A stretch of 64,000 nucleotides of DNA from Okamejei kenojei (lineage: Eukaryota), in contig CM069160.1 of the NCBI GenBank assembly GCA_035221665.1, positions 23,746,001 to 23,810,000 on the forward strand, in the 5' to 3' direction. The notes beneath the pieces are model-generated. The model saw only the letters and a list, made by a program, of their open reading frames with translations. It was not told the DNA's origin and did not search any database. Of this stretch, positions 1 through 13,415 are shown piece after piece. How positions within the stretch are numbered: the stretch's first letter is position 1; every line of letters begins with the position of its first letter. Position numbers and translations under genes: made by a program.

Positions 1-1034
1 GAGATAGAGATAGAGGGAATGCCAGGGCCTGAGGGCTGAGGGAGAGGTGGGGAGGGGGAGGAGACAGCAAGGGTTAACAGAATTGAGACAATTCAATGTT
101 CAAGCCCAAAGGATGCAGACTCGCCAAGCGGAATATGAGGTGCTGTTCCTCCAACTTGCGGTGTTGCTCACTCTGGCCGTGGAGGAGGCCCAGGACCGAG
201 AGGTCGGATACGGAATGGGAGGGGGAGTTGAAGTGCTGAGCCACCGGGAGGTCGGGTTGGTTTTTGCGGACCGAGCGGAGGTTTTCGGCGAAACGATCGC
301 CAAGGCTCCGCTTGGTCTCACCGATATAGATCATCTGGCATCCGGAGCAGCGGATGCAGTTGATGAGGTTGGAGGAGGTGCAGGTGAACCTCTGTCGGAC
401 TTGGAAGGTCTGCTTGGGTCCCTGAAATGAGTGGAGAGGGGAGGTGAAGGGACAAGTGTTGCTTTTCTTGCGGTTGCAAGGGAAAGTGCCGGGGAAGGGG
501 TAGAGCGGTAGGGGAGGGAAGAATTGACAAGCGAGTTGCGGAGGGAGCGGTCTTTGCGGAAGGCAGACAGGGGGGGGAGATGCGAAGATATGGCGGGTGG
601 AGGGTTCACGTTGGAGGTGGCGAAACTGGCGGAGGACTATGTGTTGTATTTGCCGGCTGGTGGGGTGAAAGATGAGGACCAGGGGGATCTGCCCTGTTTG
701 TGAGTGGGGGAATGGGGAGAGAGGGCAGTGTTGCTGGGTATGGAGGAGACCCTGGTGCGAGCCTCATCAATAGTGGGGGATGGGAATCCCCGTTCTCTGA
801 AGAATGAGGCCATTTGTGATGACCTGGTGTGGAACACCTCATCCTGGGAGCAGATGCGGCGTAGACGGAGGAATTGGGAATAGGGAGTGGAGTCCTTACA
901 GGAAGCAGAGTGGCAGGAAGAGTAGTCCAGGTAGCTGTGGGAGTCAGTTGGTTTGTAATTGCACCCGCTGAGTTTCTCCAGCTTTTTGTGTAGCCCTCGA
1001 TTCTCCAGCATCTGCAGTTCCTTCTTTAACACAT
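1..1034 (-). mobile_element. 5'-truncated Penelope-like retroelement (RT thumb + GIY-YIG endonuclease) with inverted pLTR fragment at 961-1034
   Basis: ORF 74..334 YIGETKRSLGDRF..HF..E..LI..L....P.GLN (GIY-YIG C-terminal half); ORF 637..960 YKPTDSHSYLDYSSCH..PYSQFLRLRRICS (PLE RT thumb); frameshifted; 961-1034 matches the pLTR tail at 63710-63785 in opposite orientation to the ORF. Confidence 0.9.
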
Positions 1035-1620
1035 CTATTTAGCCAATCATCTTCGGAAATCGGCACTGCACTACACTACAATGTTAGAGGAAAATAATTA
1101 CATAAATGTGCAACACATAAAGATTGTTGCATAAGAATCGAATTAAGAGATTTATATGAGTTTGAAACTAAGAATAATGCATAAAAAATGCTGAAACTTA
1201 CATTTCTGTTTTACCGTCCTTAATGTGCTCAGCAGCAGTTATCACTGATAACACTGTGTTAATTTTATTTATTCCTGGTTACACCATTTTTTTGGTGTAA
1301 CCATCATGTGCGAGCGATAGCAGTCGTTCAAAACAACGTCCATAAGGGACGAGATAATTATATCCTACATAGGAACGAACGAGAGTGTAGCATCAATTTA
1401 TTTGCTTCTGCGTACGCGGCTATTGCGGCTATTAGCATATTTCATCACCAAAATGAGTCGAGCAGTGTGTTATCATCAGTCATACTCTGGACGAACTTCA
1501 GCACTGTAAAACTATTTTAGTTCCTCATGCACTTAACCATTCCGATATATATAAGACACATGAATTCTTGAAAGTGTACCACGCGTAAACATCAATTTCC
1601 TGGTTGCTGATATCTCTTAC

Positions 1621-1647
1621 CTTTTGCGCTTTGCAACATTTTAATTT
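1621..1647 (-). CDS. Micro-exon (27 nt, phase 1-1) of minus-strand host gene: EIKMLQSAK
   Basis: Minus strand ttctattttttcatacag|AAATTAAAATGTTGCAAAGCGCAAAAG|gtaaga; same EI.. class as exons at 18675, 31314, 53085, 62061. Confidence 0.75.
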
Positions 1648-2959
1648 CTGTATGAAAAAATAGAACGGAAAATTGCTAATTAAACTTTTAATTTCATGTT
1701 GAACGAAAAATAATAGTGTAGCCTCTTGTTCAAGCTTGCCTGGGATCAATGTACTTGCTCACTAAGATAAGTATCAACTGCTAGTGTATCTAAAAAAAAC
1801 GAAGGGGGAAACAGTTTTTTTTATATATTCATCTTTGACAGTTGTCCGGAAAAATCCTGCCTACTCTCAGGTTATACATCATTATATTCTCGTATAAATC
1901 AATGTCAGCGTCGCGATGGGAGTATCACTATGAGAATATGATTCGTAGAATTATTGTAAATTAAAAATGGTTGTATTGCAGGTAAACACCAGTTACAAAT
2001 ATATTTCCATCCCGGGTACATCTCTATTCAAGACAATATATCAGACCACATGTGCTCTATACTTTATTACAACGCTTTGTGCATATCAATTACGTTTTGC
2101 TAAGTTACTAAGTAAAGAACAAAGATGTGCTATGCGGTACGGGACATCTCGAATGTAGGTAACAATGTTTATAATCACGGAAACACAATTCCAGTTGGTC
2201 GATGCGTTGTTTAATGGTGGAAACACACTAAAAAGAAACGTTTTTTGGTTATACCTGCATTTTGCAAAGCAAAAATAAAGAGTGCAAGTGGACATTAATG
2301 CCGGGGAATTAATATCGGGAATTATTGCACACTCGTGGGAGTAATCTAACCAAGATAAGTAATTTAATCTTGCGGAACATTTCAGAGCGTAAATTAGCTA
2401 CGGTCACAAAGAGAGAAGCAAGTGAGGAACGAACGTTGCAAAAATCGGAAGTCGCCAGACGTGAGCGAAATTAACATCAAAATGTCTGGTGTTGCCAATT
2501 CGCACCCAAAGAATACTGGTAGTGAAAGATAAAACAAGTAACCGGAAATGTTGGTTTACCAGGGAAAGACACAACATGCTGGAGTAACCCAGCAGGTCAA
2601 GCAGCGTCCTTGAAAAACACAGAAAGGTGATGTTTTGGGACGGGGCAATTCTTGCATTTTCTACTGATGTAACGTTTGCAGTAAATATAGCCTTGGCATT
2701 GAACGAGTTAATTTAGTCACTGCTGCGATGTAATGATTTCCATCGCAGATATAAATTTTAATGAAATTCCAAGAGAACTTTGTGGCGGCTTGCAAACAAT
2801 CACAATTGAATAGATTTTACTGCAACGATTATCTCGCATTTATCTCGTGCCTAATTTGCAGGTAATTTCATATTTTTTTCTGAGGAGACCTCGTTGTAAA
2901 TGTTTCAGTTCCATGTTCACAGCGATATAAAAAAAATGCATGAACATAATGTCAATCAC

Positions 2960-2986
2960 CTTCATCTTTTCGCCTGAGCTGCTCTT
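2960..2986 (-). CDS. Micro-exon (27 nt, phase 1-1): EEQLRRKDE
   Basis: Minus strand polypyrimidine tract ending taatgcag|AAGAGCAGCTCAGGCGAAAAGATGAAG|gtgatt; paralogous to exons at 20667, 33581, 58429. Confidence 0.8.
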
Positions 2987-5314
2987 CTGCATTAAAAAAA
3001 AGAATAGTAATTTTATCATAACAGTATAAACTGAGTTAACTGAGTTATCAACTTTTTTTCTATTAATGTACTGTATTATAATTATTCATATATGTTAGGT
3101 GATGGACTTTATTTTTTATGTTGCACTTTAATTTAAATAATAAGTTAATAATAAATCATATATATACAACGTGTCAATGCAACAACAATCGATTAAATGT
3201 GTTAATTCGAGCTAACTAACTAAGAGCCAACCGGTATATGTAAAATATCATAACTTACTCTGCATATCAATAGATTATATTTAATGTTCAAATATTCATT
3301 TCGGGCTCGTGGTGTTTTAAATATTAAATTGACGGCAGGTATTCCGAACTATTATTTTTCCTAAGGAAATGCATGTCAAATTCGAAGCAAACACGTTATG
3401 AAATCAGGAAAATGTTGGGTTCCGTTATAATATTACGGGAAAAACAGCGGAAAATGAAACCCCCGCGGTCCTAATCTGAAAATAATGTTGGGAATAATTA
3501 TTTCACGCAAAGAATTGTTGGTGTATGTAACTGGCTGCAGGAGATGTGGTAGAGGCAGGTACTACTGCAAATTCTAAGAAATGTTTAGATAGGTATATGT
3601 GTAGGGTAGGTTTGGATATATAGTGCAAAATACAGGCAAGCGCGACTAGGATAGATGGGTCAAGGTGGCCGGTGTGGGAAGGATGTGCCGAACGTCGTGT
3701 ATCCGGTAAGATTTTATGGCTCAATGTTTCTAAATGCATGAAGTGTATCAATTTGACCGAATCGTACACACGATTGCCTAATCTGAATGCATCAATTACC
3801 GACGGCTTGAAACGTTATCTCTGCGTGGATCTCCACTGATACGGGCGAGTTCGGTTTATTCCGACTGACCTTCCGTGTTCTTGTTATATCCACAACTGTT
3901 TCTATGTAAGAATGCGTCACTACCATCTACTGTCACTTCGGATCTGTCTGCATGTCTCTATCTATAGATGATTGCAAGCATGTGTCTCCCTTTAATCAGA
4001 CTGCTTAATGGGCGTCCACCTGCTCAATATATCATAATGTGGATCAATGGGGAATGAGAAAATAAAGATGGTGAACCGTTTTAAAATAATATTGCCAGAT
4101 AATATCATAATTCATTTTACCATATAATACCAAAAATGCCTCGATACGCATATGCACCTTAAAACATACGACGGGATTCCCGGTTGGCGTGATATTTACG
4201 CCTGCTACTTTTAGTCGAGATAAATTGATCCAAAAAATAACTTTTTATTTGCATGAATAATTAATGTTATTTCAGCAGTGGAACAAATCAATTGTTTACC
4301 ATTGATTCTGAACTTTTGCACGATGAGATTTTCTGATATAGCATGTAACATTTGGAACATGCTCACCAACATCCTTCTTGAAGGCCTCGAGTACATCTCC
4401 TCCTGCCAATACACAAGCATAATTACATTTTCGTGACAGATTGCGACACTAAAATTACATGTCTTAACCTGTTTTACGTGCAACTTCACGATAAGTCCAA
4501 TTTGCAATTGAAAATCACTTCAATAAACAGATACCTTCGTAAGTTTTCATTATTGGCATTATGTATATCGAAAGGCGTTTCAAGCGGCCTACCTACATGT
4601 TTAAAACTATTTTTCATACCACAACCCTCAGATAATTACAATTAAACATCTATCGACTATGATGAAGTGTTTACAGATTCGTCAACACCATTATGAACCT
4701 GTATTTTTTGTTCAAATGTATTTGAACAACATATACCATGAAATAAGGTGGGTTGTGAGACAAATTTTGCTTGCTCTCGTCAGCCACTGCGAGTCGTACA
4801 AGTTAGGATTTACGTGACTCCAAGCTCGATGGTGCGTGGTATTCTAAAAACGTGAGCAAAGGCTGCAGACTGCGCATGGAGGTCAACAACGCAACTCTTT
4901 TGCAATGCGTGGTACCACGTCCAATCTATCCTGAGCTATCAACGTTTGAATTTCAGAGTAACGGCGTGGTTTTAAAAGGGAATTCCTTGTTTTACTGGTA
5001 GAATAGAGCAACAAACCAATATGTTAATTGAAAATGATGTTCATTGTGTTTGTATCGTATCGTAAATTATCTATTTATAAATGCAGGACTCAATATACTA
5101 ACATATTTATTGAACACGCTTGGTCCAATACGTTTGGATTGTTTCTAATGTCGAATAACTGTCATGAATTTCAAGACTTTTGTGGAAATTGAAATCCCAA
5201 TCGTACCACCTTGAATGTGGAATGAGTATTTCAGTATGCATCCTTGAACACATTGTTATCATGATGGCAAACGTAAAATTAAGGTTTGTAATTTTCATCG
5301 AGTCTTTAGCTTAC

Positions 5315-5341
5315 CCGCTGGTTTAATAATGGATTTATCTT
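5315..5341 (-). CDS. Micro-exon (27 nt, phase 1-1): EDKSIIKPA
   Basis: Minus strand cctttatatttattag|AAGATAAATCCATTATTAAACCAGCGG|gtaagc; flanks homologous to exon at 29079. Confidence 0.75.
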
Positions 5342-5746
5342 CTAATAAATATAAAGGTAACGATAAATACATGTGCGCAGTAGATACTGATCGGAGTACA
5401 TTTCATTTCATGTCAGAACTCGCTCGTTTTACCCGATGATCGTGATATTATATGGACTGTTATCTGCAGCTTCCCAGTACCCTCTTGAAGAGAGAGTATC
5501 ATAATTCCTTGCCACGTATTCGAGCTGTTGGCAACACATTATTTTTTCAAATGGCTACGGTGTTTTATTTTTATTTTGTTATTTCCAAACGAAGAACGCC
5601 ATGACAGATAACGAGGATTGATGTTTATGTCGATGTTTTATTATTCAAGTCGATAGTTCAAGACTGACATGCAAATCACGGTTTTGCACACACTCACTAC
5701 AGTATAACAGGCATTCCTTCTAATCTCCATACCCTGTCAATATACA

Positions 5747-6660
5747 CTAGACAATAGACAATAGGTGCAGGAGTAGGCCATTCGCCCTTCGAGGCGGCAC
5801 CGCCATTCAAAGTGATCATGGCTGATCATCCCCAATTAGTACCCCGTTCCTGCGTTCTCACCATGTCCCCTGACTCCGCCATTTTAAGAGCCCCATCTAA
5901 CTCTATCTTGAAAGCATCGAGAGAACCTGCCCCCACTGCCCTTTGAGGCAGACAATTCCACAGACTTGCCACACTCTGTGAGAAAAAAAGTGCTTCCTCG
6001 TCTCCGTTCTAACTAGCTTCCTCCGTATTCTTAAACTGTGCCCCCTGGTTCTAGACCCACCCAACATCGGGAACATGTTTCCAGCCTCAAGCGTTTCCAA
6101 ACCATTTACAATATTACATGTTTCAATGCGATTCCCACTCATCCTTTTAAACTCCAGAGTGTACAAGCCCAGGTGATCCATTCTCCCAACATACGACAGT
6201 CACGCCATCCCGGGCATTAGCTTTGTACACCTACGCTGCACTCGCCCAATAGCAAGAATATCCTTCCTCAAATTAGGGGAACAAAACTGCACACAATACT
6301 CCAGGTGTGGTATCGCCAGAGCTCTATACAATTGCAGAAGGACCACTTTGCTCCTATATTCCATTCCTCTTGTTAAAAAGGCGAACATGACATTCGTTTT
6401 CTTCACTGCCTGCCGTACCTGCATGCTTACTTCCATGTATGAGGAACTCCAGATCCCGTTGTACTTCCCCTTTTCCCAACGTGACGCCATTTAGATAATA
6501 ATCTGCCTTCCAGTTTTTGCTACCAAAGCGGATAACCTCAAATTATCCGCATTAAACTTCATCTGCGATCCATCTGCCCACTCTCCCAAGCTGTCCAAAT
6601 CACCGTGCATACTCAAAGCATCCTCCTAACAGTTCACACTGCCACGCAGCTTGTTGTCCT
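5747..6660 (-). mobile_element. 5'-truncated CR1-clade LINE
   Basis: LQLYRALAIPHLEYCVQFCSP, TRGHSLRI, KHFFSHRV motifs; conserved CR1 3' end with short (tctattg) tail repeat. Confidence 0.9.
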
Positions 6661-6719
6661 CTCTTTGATACAGGCAGTCAGAAGTGCAGTGGTAGTAAAT
6701 TGTGCACGCAGCCGCCGAT

Positions 6720-6905
6720 ATATATTGTGCAGGAACGAACTGTAGATGCTAGTTGAAACTGAAGATAGACACGTAACTCGGCGGGTCAGAGAGCATATCT
6801 GCAGAAAAGATTACGTCATTCCACCACGATCCGAAAGGTGAATGATTCCTTTTCGCCAGAGACGCTGTCTAATCCGCTGAGTTTCTGCAGCGTTTGTCTC
6901 AATCT
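6720..6905. mobile_element. Decayed Penelope pLTR-derived inverted-repeat mini-element (paralog at about 29375-29570)
   Basis: gtaactcggcgggtcaga...ccgctgagtttctgcagc arms resemble the pLTR ends at 54657-54890 and 62962-63785. Confidence 0.55.
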
Positions 6906-7312
6906 TCGCCGATATATCCTGTCCGCCATTAACCAATCTGGTGTTGGTGGCAGTGCTCACGTTTCCATATTGCAGATCCATTTTGAACTTTTCACAAATA
7001 TAACTATATTTTAATAATTTTGAATACAAAATCTTTTCATGCATTCCATCATTTTCCTTTTAGGTTCTATTAGTTTCACAAACTTACATATCACTCTTTT
7101 CCCTAATGAGCGCATCAAGTCTACGATGTGTTTATTCATTTCTATTCCGATTATTATTTTTTTGTTCTATTACGTAATATTTACTATATTTTCCCATTTT
7201 CACAGAGCCCTTAGCTGCACAAAATTCCAGTGTCTCTGTTTTCTCTTTTCCATGGGAAAAAAGCGCAGCATTTCTTGAATTCCTTTGCCATTGTTTTACC
7301 TTCCCATTCTCC

Positions 7313-9482
7313 ATTCAGTACAACATGGCAGCGCTTGGAAGTAGGCATCATGGCAGGCTGCACAGTCTCACCCTTGGCCTTTACAATGGCCATGGAAGTC
7401 ATCATCAGGGCCTCAAAATGGGAGGTGGGTGGTGAACGAACCAGAGCTGGTCTCCGTCTGCCACCCATCAGGGCATACATGGACGATATGACAACAATAA
7501 CCACTACTGCAGCATGCACCAATCGGCTACTTGGAAAGCTGCAGGAGAACATCAAGTGGGCCCGAATGAAAATCAAACCAAGTAAGTCTCGAAGCATCTC
7601 CATAGTTTAGGGGGTGCTTAGAGACACAAGGTTCTGCATCGGTGACGACCTAATACCAACAGTGTCTGAGCAGCCAGTAAAAAGCCTGGGCAGATGGGAC
7701 AACGCAAGTCTCAAGGACAATGAGCAGGTGCAACAGCTAATGCAAGAAATTGTCAACGGCCTGGAGATCATCAATCAGACCCTACTGCCTGGGAAACTGA
7801 AGCTCTGGTGCCTACAGTTTGGACTCCTTCCTCGGACAATGTGGCCACTGACCGTTTATGAAGCTCCAATAACAACTGTGGAGAAGATGGAGCGAACCAT
7901 AACTTCATACAAGAAGAAATGGCTCGGTGTCCCACGATGTCTAACTAACATCGGCCTCTATGGCAAAGGGGTCCTGGAACTACCTCTCACTAGTCTAACA
8001 GAGGAATACAAGTGTTCCAAAGTAAGACCCAGATGACACTGAGGGACTCTAGAGACAAGACCATCAGTGCTGTTGCGCCGCCCCTAGTAACCGGCCGGAA
8101 GTGGACACCATCTGATGCAGTACAGCAAGCTTCATCAGCCCTGAGCCACAAAGACGTCGTGGGGCAAGTGCAGCAGGGAAGAGGAGGCTTTGGCCTTACG
8201 ACAAGTAAACCAACTTGGCGAAAGGCCACAACATCAGAGCGAAGGACATTGGTGGTTGAGGAGGTGCGGCGACAGGAGGAGGCCGCAAGAAGTGCAAAGT
8301 CGGTCTCGCTTGCCAAACAGGGGCAATGGATGCAGTGGGAAGGTGTGGAGCGGAGGAAGATCAGCTGGAAAGAACTATGGGAAATGAAATCAAGCAAGAT
8401 CAGCTTCATGATCAGAGCGACATACGACGTCCTTCCATCACCAAACAACCTCAATCAGTGGTACGGCGAGGATCCAACTAGTGCCCTCTGCCCAACTCCA
8501 GCGACCCTCAAACACATCATGGTAGGCTGCAAGACCAGCCTCACGCAAGGGAGATACACGTGGAGGCATAATCAGGTATTAAAATGCCTGGCAACAGCCC
8601 TTGAGAACAGGCTGTGTGCGACCAACTCCTTGCCTCCGAGAGCAAGCAACCCCTCCCACTTAAGGGCGACAACCTTTGTCCGAGAAGGACAGAAAACACC
8701 GAAACATCCTTCCACTAGATCAGAAGAAGGAAACCTATGCAGGGCCCATGACTGGAGGATGCTGGTGGACATCGGCCGACAACTAATCTTTCCACCTGAA
8801 ATTGCTTCAACCAACCTCAGGCCAGATTTGGTGTTCTGGTCCCTTTCACAGAAGACTGCTTACATCATAGAGCTCACAGTTCCATGGGAGAACTCTGTTG
8901 TGGAGGCCTATGAGCGTAAGAAGCTGCGCTACACAGAGCTTGCAGCAGAGGCAACGCAGCGTGGCTGGAACATCAACGTTTATCCAGTTGAAGTGGGATG
9001 CAGAGGATTTGTTGCGTCATTTACCATCAGACTGCTGAAGGAGCTTGGAATCCACGGTCAGGCTCTGCAGAAGACCATAAGATCACTCTCAGACGCGGCT
9101 GAAAGAAGAAGCTGTTGGATTTGGCTCAAGCGGAAAGACCCATGCTGGGCCCCAAATGCGTCATGGTGAATCTTTGAGGCAGTTTAAAACGGGACACACG
9201 CTGAGGGCTGATCATCCTGCAGCGGGCCGCCCTTGTGGAGGGTGTATAGTGATAAAAGGCCGAAACACCCAGTGCTGCAAGGGTACACTACTGATGATGT
9301 GTCCTGTGCCCAGCTGTCCTGAAGGTTACCCAGGCCAAGTTATACGTATACGTACCCCCCCCCCCGCCCCCCCCCCTGATGTTGAGCGTCCACCACTCTC
9401 AGCAATCAATGAATGTCGTGAAATGCTCCCCACCTACTGGCACAAGGGACTACTTAACATCTAGTCCTGTGTATTTAATTCT
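7313..9482 (+). mobile_element. HERO-type (R2 superfamily, restriction-like endonuclease) non-LTR retrotransposon, 5'-truncated copy 1
   Basis: GIMAGCTVSPLAF and AYMDD RT motifs; zinc knuckle region LCPTPATLKHIMVGC; RHNQVL; RPDLV..IELTVPWE..ERKKLRY RLE motifs; stop and frameshift present; 3' UTR nearly identical to 17990-18301. Confidence 0.9.
9191..9305 (+). ncRNA. Candidate permuted, pseudoknotted hammerhead ribozyme in HERO 3' UTR (copy 1)
   Basis: GGGTGT-A-TAGTG..GGCC-GAAACACCC..CACTA-CTGATGA with all helices pairable; K-turn position 2b is C here (A in copy 2). Confidence 0.65.
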
Positions 9483-12429
9483 GAAAATCTGGACTTATCC
9501 AGTGACTGCTGTGAAAGGACAGCTGACAACATGGGAAAGTCCATGTGACAGCTTGGAGAGACAGCTGACAGGAGGGAACAGACCGCAATGGGGCCGTCAT
9601 GGGCTAGCTCCCCATGACAGCAGTCTCCAACGCTGTTTCAGCTAGTTGGAGACACCCGCTAAATGCTACAAAAAGTAAATTAAATGAAATACCCCTAGAG
9701 CCTGCGAGCGGGGGCGCAAGATGGCTCACCGATTGATAACACGGTTACAGACCCAGGAACGGAAACGACCACGGACAAGGAGAGCATGGCACATGAGACA
9801 TCCACAACAGCTGCGGGACACAAACTTCAGGTGTGCATCTGTGGTTGGGAGAAAGGAACATCAATGATGGGCTTGAAGATCCACCAAGGGAGGAAAAAGT
9901 GCTTGAGAGAGCAGAGACATGGGCCTCGCATTGACCAGTACTTCCTACGAAGCAACCAGTCAAATCAGTCGAATGAAGCACAGCGACGGGACGCAAACCA
10001 AAGTTCGCAGAGCATCAGCACCCATGTCACTGAAGAGGGTGATACAAGCACAGAAATGCCGGTGGAGGAGCCCACGCAACAACTACAAAGACCTCCATTG
10101 GAGGGAAAGATCAAAGGGCATAAACCTGGAGTGAAGTGGCCCAAAGCTGTTGAAAGGAAAGAGTGGGAGACGGTCAACAGTGACCTTATACATATCTTGG
10201 AGCAACAACTGGGCACAGCAGTGGAAAAGCTTGAAAGGATGGGCAACATAATCTACAGCTATGGAGAAGAACGGTTTGGGGTGAGTAAAGGGAGAGGTGG
10301 AAAGAAGTTACCAACACCAATCAAGTCCAGGAGGCAGCAGGAGATCGAGAGGCTAATCAGAGAGAGGAGACAGTTGAAAAAGCAATGGAAAAAAGCAACT
10401 GACGCAGAGAGAGAAGGTCTCATGCTACTGCAAGAGGACATCAAGAGCCGATTGGCAACCTTGCGAAAAGCAGAGAACATGAGGAAACTTTACAAGAATA
10501 AATAACACACAAGAACACGGTTCTACAAAGACCCTTTCAAGTTCATCAAAGACCTCTTCGCAAAGGAAAAAAGTGGAACTTTGAAAACATCAAAACAAGA
10601 ATTGGAGGAACACCTGGAAAAGGCCCACCAAAACACGAAAAGGAATGAGAAGTTAGTCATCCCACATGACATCACACCTATTCAACCACCTGAATTCAAC
10701 CTGGACACCAGCCCTCCGAAATGGAAAGAGGTGGAGAACACTGTCCGGCGAGCAAGAGCAGCATCAGCTCCGGGGCCAAACGGAGTACCATACAAGCTCT
10801 ACAAGAATGCACCAGATGTGTTACGCTTTCTATGGAAGCTCATGAGGGTGGTGTGAAAGAAGCAAACAATACCTCAGGTGTGGCGAAGGGCCGGCGGCAT
10901 ACTAATACCTAAAGAAAAGGATGAATTAGACATCAGCCAATTCCGGCCAATATGTCTCCTCAACGTCGAGGGAAAAATCTTTTTCAGCATTGTATCACAA
11001 AGGCTATCCACCTATCTGGTAACAAACAAGTACATTGATACATCTGTACAGAAAGCAGGAATTCCAGGTTTTTCGGGCTGCTTGGAGCATACAAGCATGA
11101 TCTGGCACCAGATCCAAGCAGCTAAGAAGGACAAGAGAGACCTACATGTGATATTCCTCGATCTGGCCAATGTATTTGGTTCAGTTCCACATGAACTCCT
11201 TTGGGAATCTTTTGCCTTTTTCCATGTACCAGAGCTCATCACCCCACTGGTCAAGAACTATTTCCAAGACCTGCAGCTGTGCTTCACAACAGCTGAATTC
11301 AGTACAACATGGCAGCCCTTGGAAGTAGGCATCATGGCAGGCTGCACAGTCTCACCCTTGGCCTTTACAATGGCCATGGAAGTCATCATCAGGGCCTCAA
11401 AATGGGTGGTGGGCGGTGAACGAACCAGAGCTGGGCTCCGTCTGCCACCCATCAGGGCATACATGGACGATATGACAACAATAACCACTACTGCAGCATG
11501 CACCAAGCGGCTACTTGGAAAGCTGCAGGAGCACATCAAGTGGGCCCCAATGAAAATCAAACCAAGTAAGTCTCGAAGCATCTCCATAGTTAAGGGGGTG
11601 CTTAGAGACACAAGGTTCTGCATCGGTGACGACCTAATACCAACAGTGTCTGAGCAGCCAGTAAAAAGCCTGGGCAGATGGTACAACGCAAGTCTCAAGG
11701 ACAAAGGGCAGGTGCAACAGCTAAGACAAGAAATTGTCAACGGCCTGGAGATCATCAATCAGACCCTACTGCCTGGGAAACTGAAGCTCTGGTGCCTACA
11801 GTTTGGACTCCTTCCTCAGACAATGTGGCCACTGACCGTTTATGAAGCTCCAATAACAACTGTGGAGAAGATGGAGCGAACCATAACTTCATACGCGAAG
11901 AAATGGCTCGGTGTCCCACGATGTCTAATAGTAAGATTAAATGAGAACTTACCAGTTCGAAGTTTGATCTGTATTTTATGAGGAGTTACGATGAGGGATT
12001 ACGCGAAGACCCCGTCCAGCACGCATGCGCGACATTTCTTCAAAGCAGCGGTGTGGATTCACAGAAAAACACAACAATTGAAATAAATATAGTAAAGAAA
12101 AAATAAGAACTTAATTACCAGTTGATTTGTATAATAGAGGGTGGGAGCGGAGGGCACGTAATCCCTCATCGTAACTCCTCATAAAATACAGATCAAACTT
12201 CGAACTGGTAAGTTCTCATTTAATCTTACTATTTTACTTCGGAGTCACGTGAGTGACTACGTGAAGACATCAAAGCTCTGTGAATCCGAACCGTGTACCA
12301 GCTCATGCTTCACTCACTGCCTGAAGACCTTAGAGGGAGGAAGCATGTTATACAATCAACAATAACCTGTTTGTGAAAAATAAAGGTTTATTATTGATAA
12401 CAAAAAACAGAGAGCTCCCCCGGCTTAAA

Positions 12430-13415
12430 TTAAATATTAGCTACAGACTCTAAAATTCTGTCTGCAAATTTAGCAGGTTCCGCCAGCGGCTTATTATAAA
12501 ACCTTTGGAAAGTTCTTTCCGAGGACCATCCTGCTCTGGCCAGAATATGGTCCATAGGCACATCCATTCGCCTAGCCGCCGACGTAGATGAAGCCCTGGT
12601 GGAATGAGATTTGTAAACATTAGTATCGACTCCCGCGGACTTAAGCACCTGCTTGAGCCATCTTGAAATGGTTTGGCTCGTCACCTGACCATGAGGCTTC
12701 CTGTGGCTTATCCATAAGGCTTTTTCTCTCCCTCTTAAGTTGTATGTTGTGTCTATGTAATTGGCGAGATGGGTCTTGGCACACAACCGTTGGTCAGGTG
12801 AATATGCCCGGAACTCCATTACTGGAGGCGTGGTACCTGGTCTAGTTTGTTTGACCAGTCCCTGAATGTGAAATGTGATACAGTCCAATGACTCTGTCAT
12901 ATTGTCCAGCCTCAGAAGGTGGAGGGACTGTACCCTTTGAGCTGATCTAGGGCCATGAGCATGACTGATTTCAGTGTAAGTTGTTCCAGAGTGAGTGACC
13001 TGGGTGGTGTCCATCCTCTAAGGTACGTCAGTACAATGCTGACATCCCAGATCTGAGTGTACCCAGGCCTAGGGGAATTGGTGTTAAAAATGCCCCTCAT
13101 GATTTTGACCACTAGTGGATGGGACCCCAAAGTCAGTTGTCCTGCTGCTGGAACCAAATAAGCTGACAACGCACTCCTGGCTGTATTAATGGCGCTGTAG
13201 CTGAGTCCTTCCCGATGTAATCCAACCAGAAACTCCACAACACTGGTGGCTGTAGCTGTAGTGTAGGTAGTTCCTGTTTTGGTGCAATACCGTTCCCATT
13301 TTCTTATGTTGGTCAGGTATTGTCTCCTGGTGGACTCCCGGTGGGATGCGGTCATCATGTTGATGGCGTCCTCAGACAGGCCCAGGCCCAGTTGAGGTCT
13401 TTTTAGAATCTGCAA
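12430..13415 (-). pseudogene. DIRS tyrosine recombinase (frameshift near 12945)
   Basis: ORFs 12912..13415 (LSYSAINTARSALS) and 12430..13014 (YKSHSTRASSTS, AGWSSERTFQRFY catalytic H-x-x-R, W, Y). Confidence 0.9.

Larger units (their letters stand above)
5100..7312. repeat. Old intragenic tandem duplication, copy 1 left part (continues 18302-21250 beyond the HERO insertion); paralog 28900-33900 plus 39120-39260
   Basis: Collinear matches such as gagtctttagcttacc (about 5300 vs 29064), agactgacatgcaRatcacggtt (about 5661 vs 29236), tttcttgaatt..ttaccttc (about 7271 vs 30939). Confidence 0.85.

Noticed and set aside
1200-1255. Possible further linker micro-exon (VITAAEHIKD)
   Set aside because: No polypyrimidine tract and ambiguous donor choice; not supportable without RNA data
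9240-9300. Reading the HERO motif as a standard type II hammerhead or a box C/D snoRNA
   Set aside because: Type II would need ACACCC to pair with downstream GGGTA (mismatched) and leaves no stem I or II; RTGATGA-like and CTGA words occur but not as terminal C and D boxes, whereas the permuted model pairs fully and covaries
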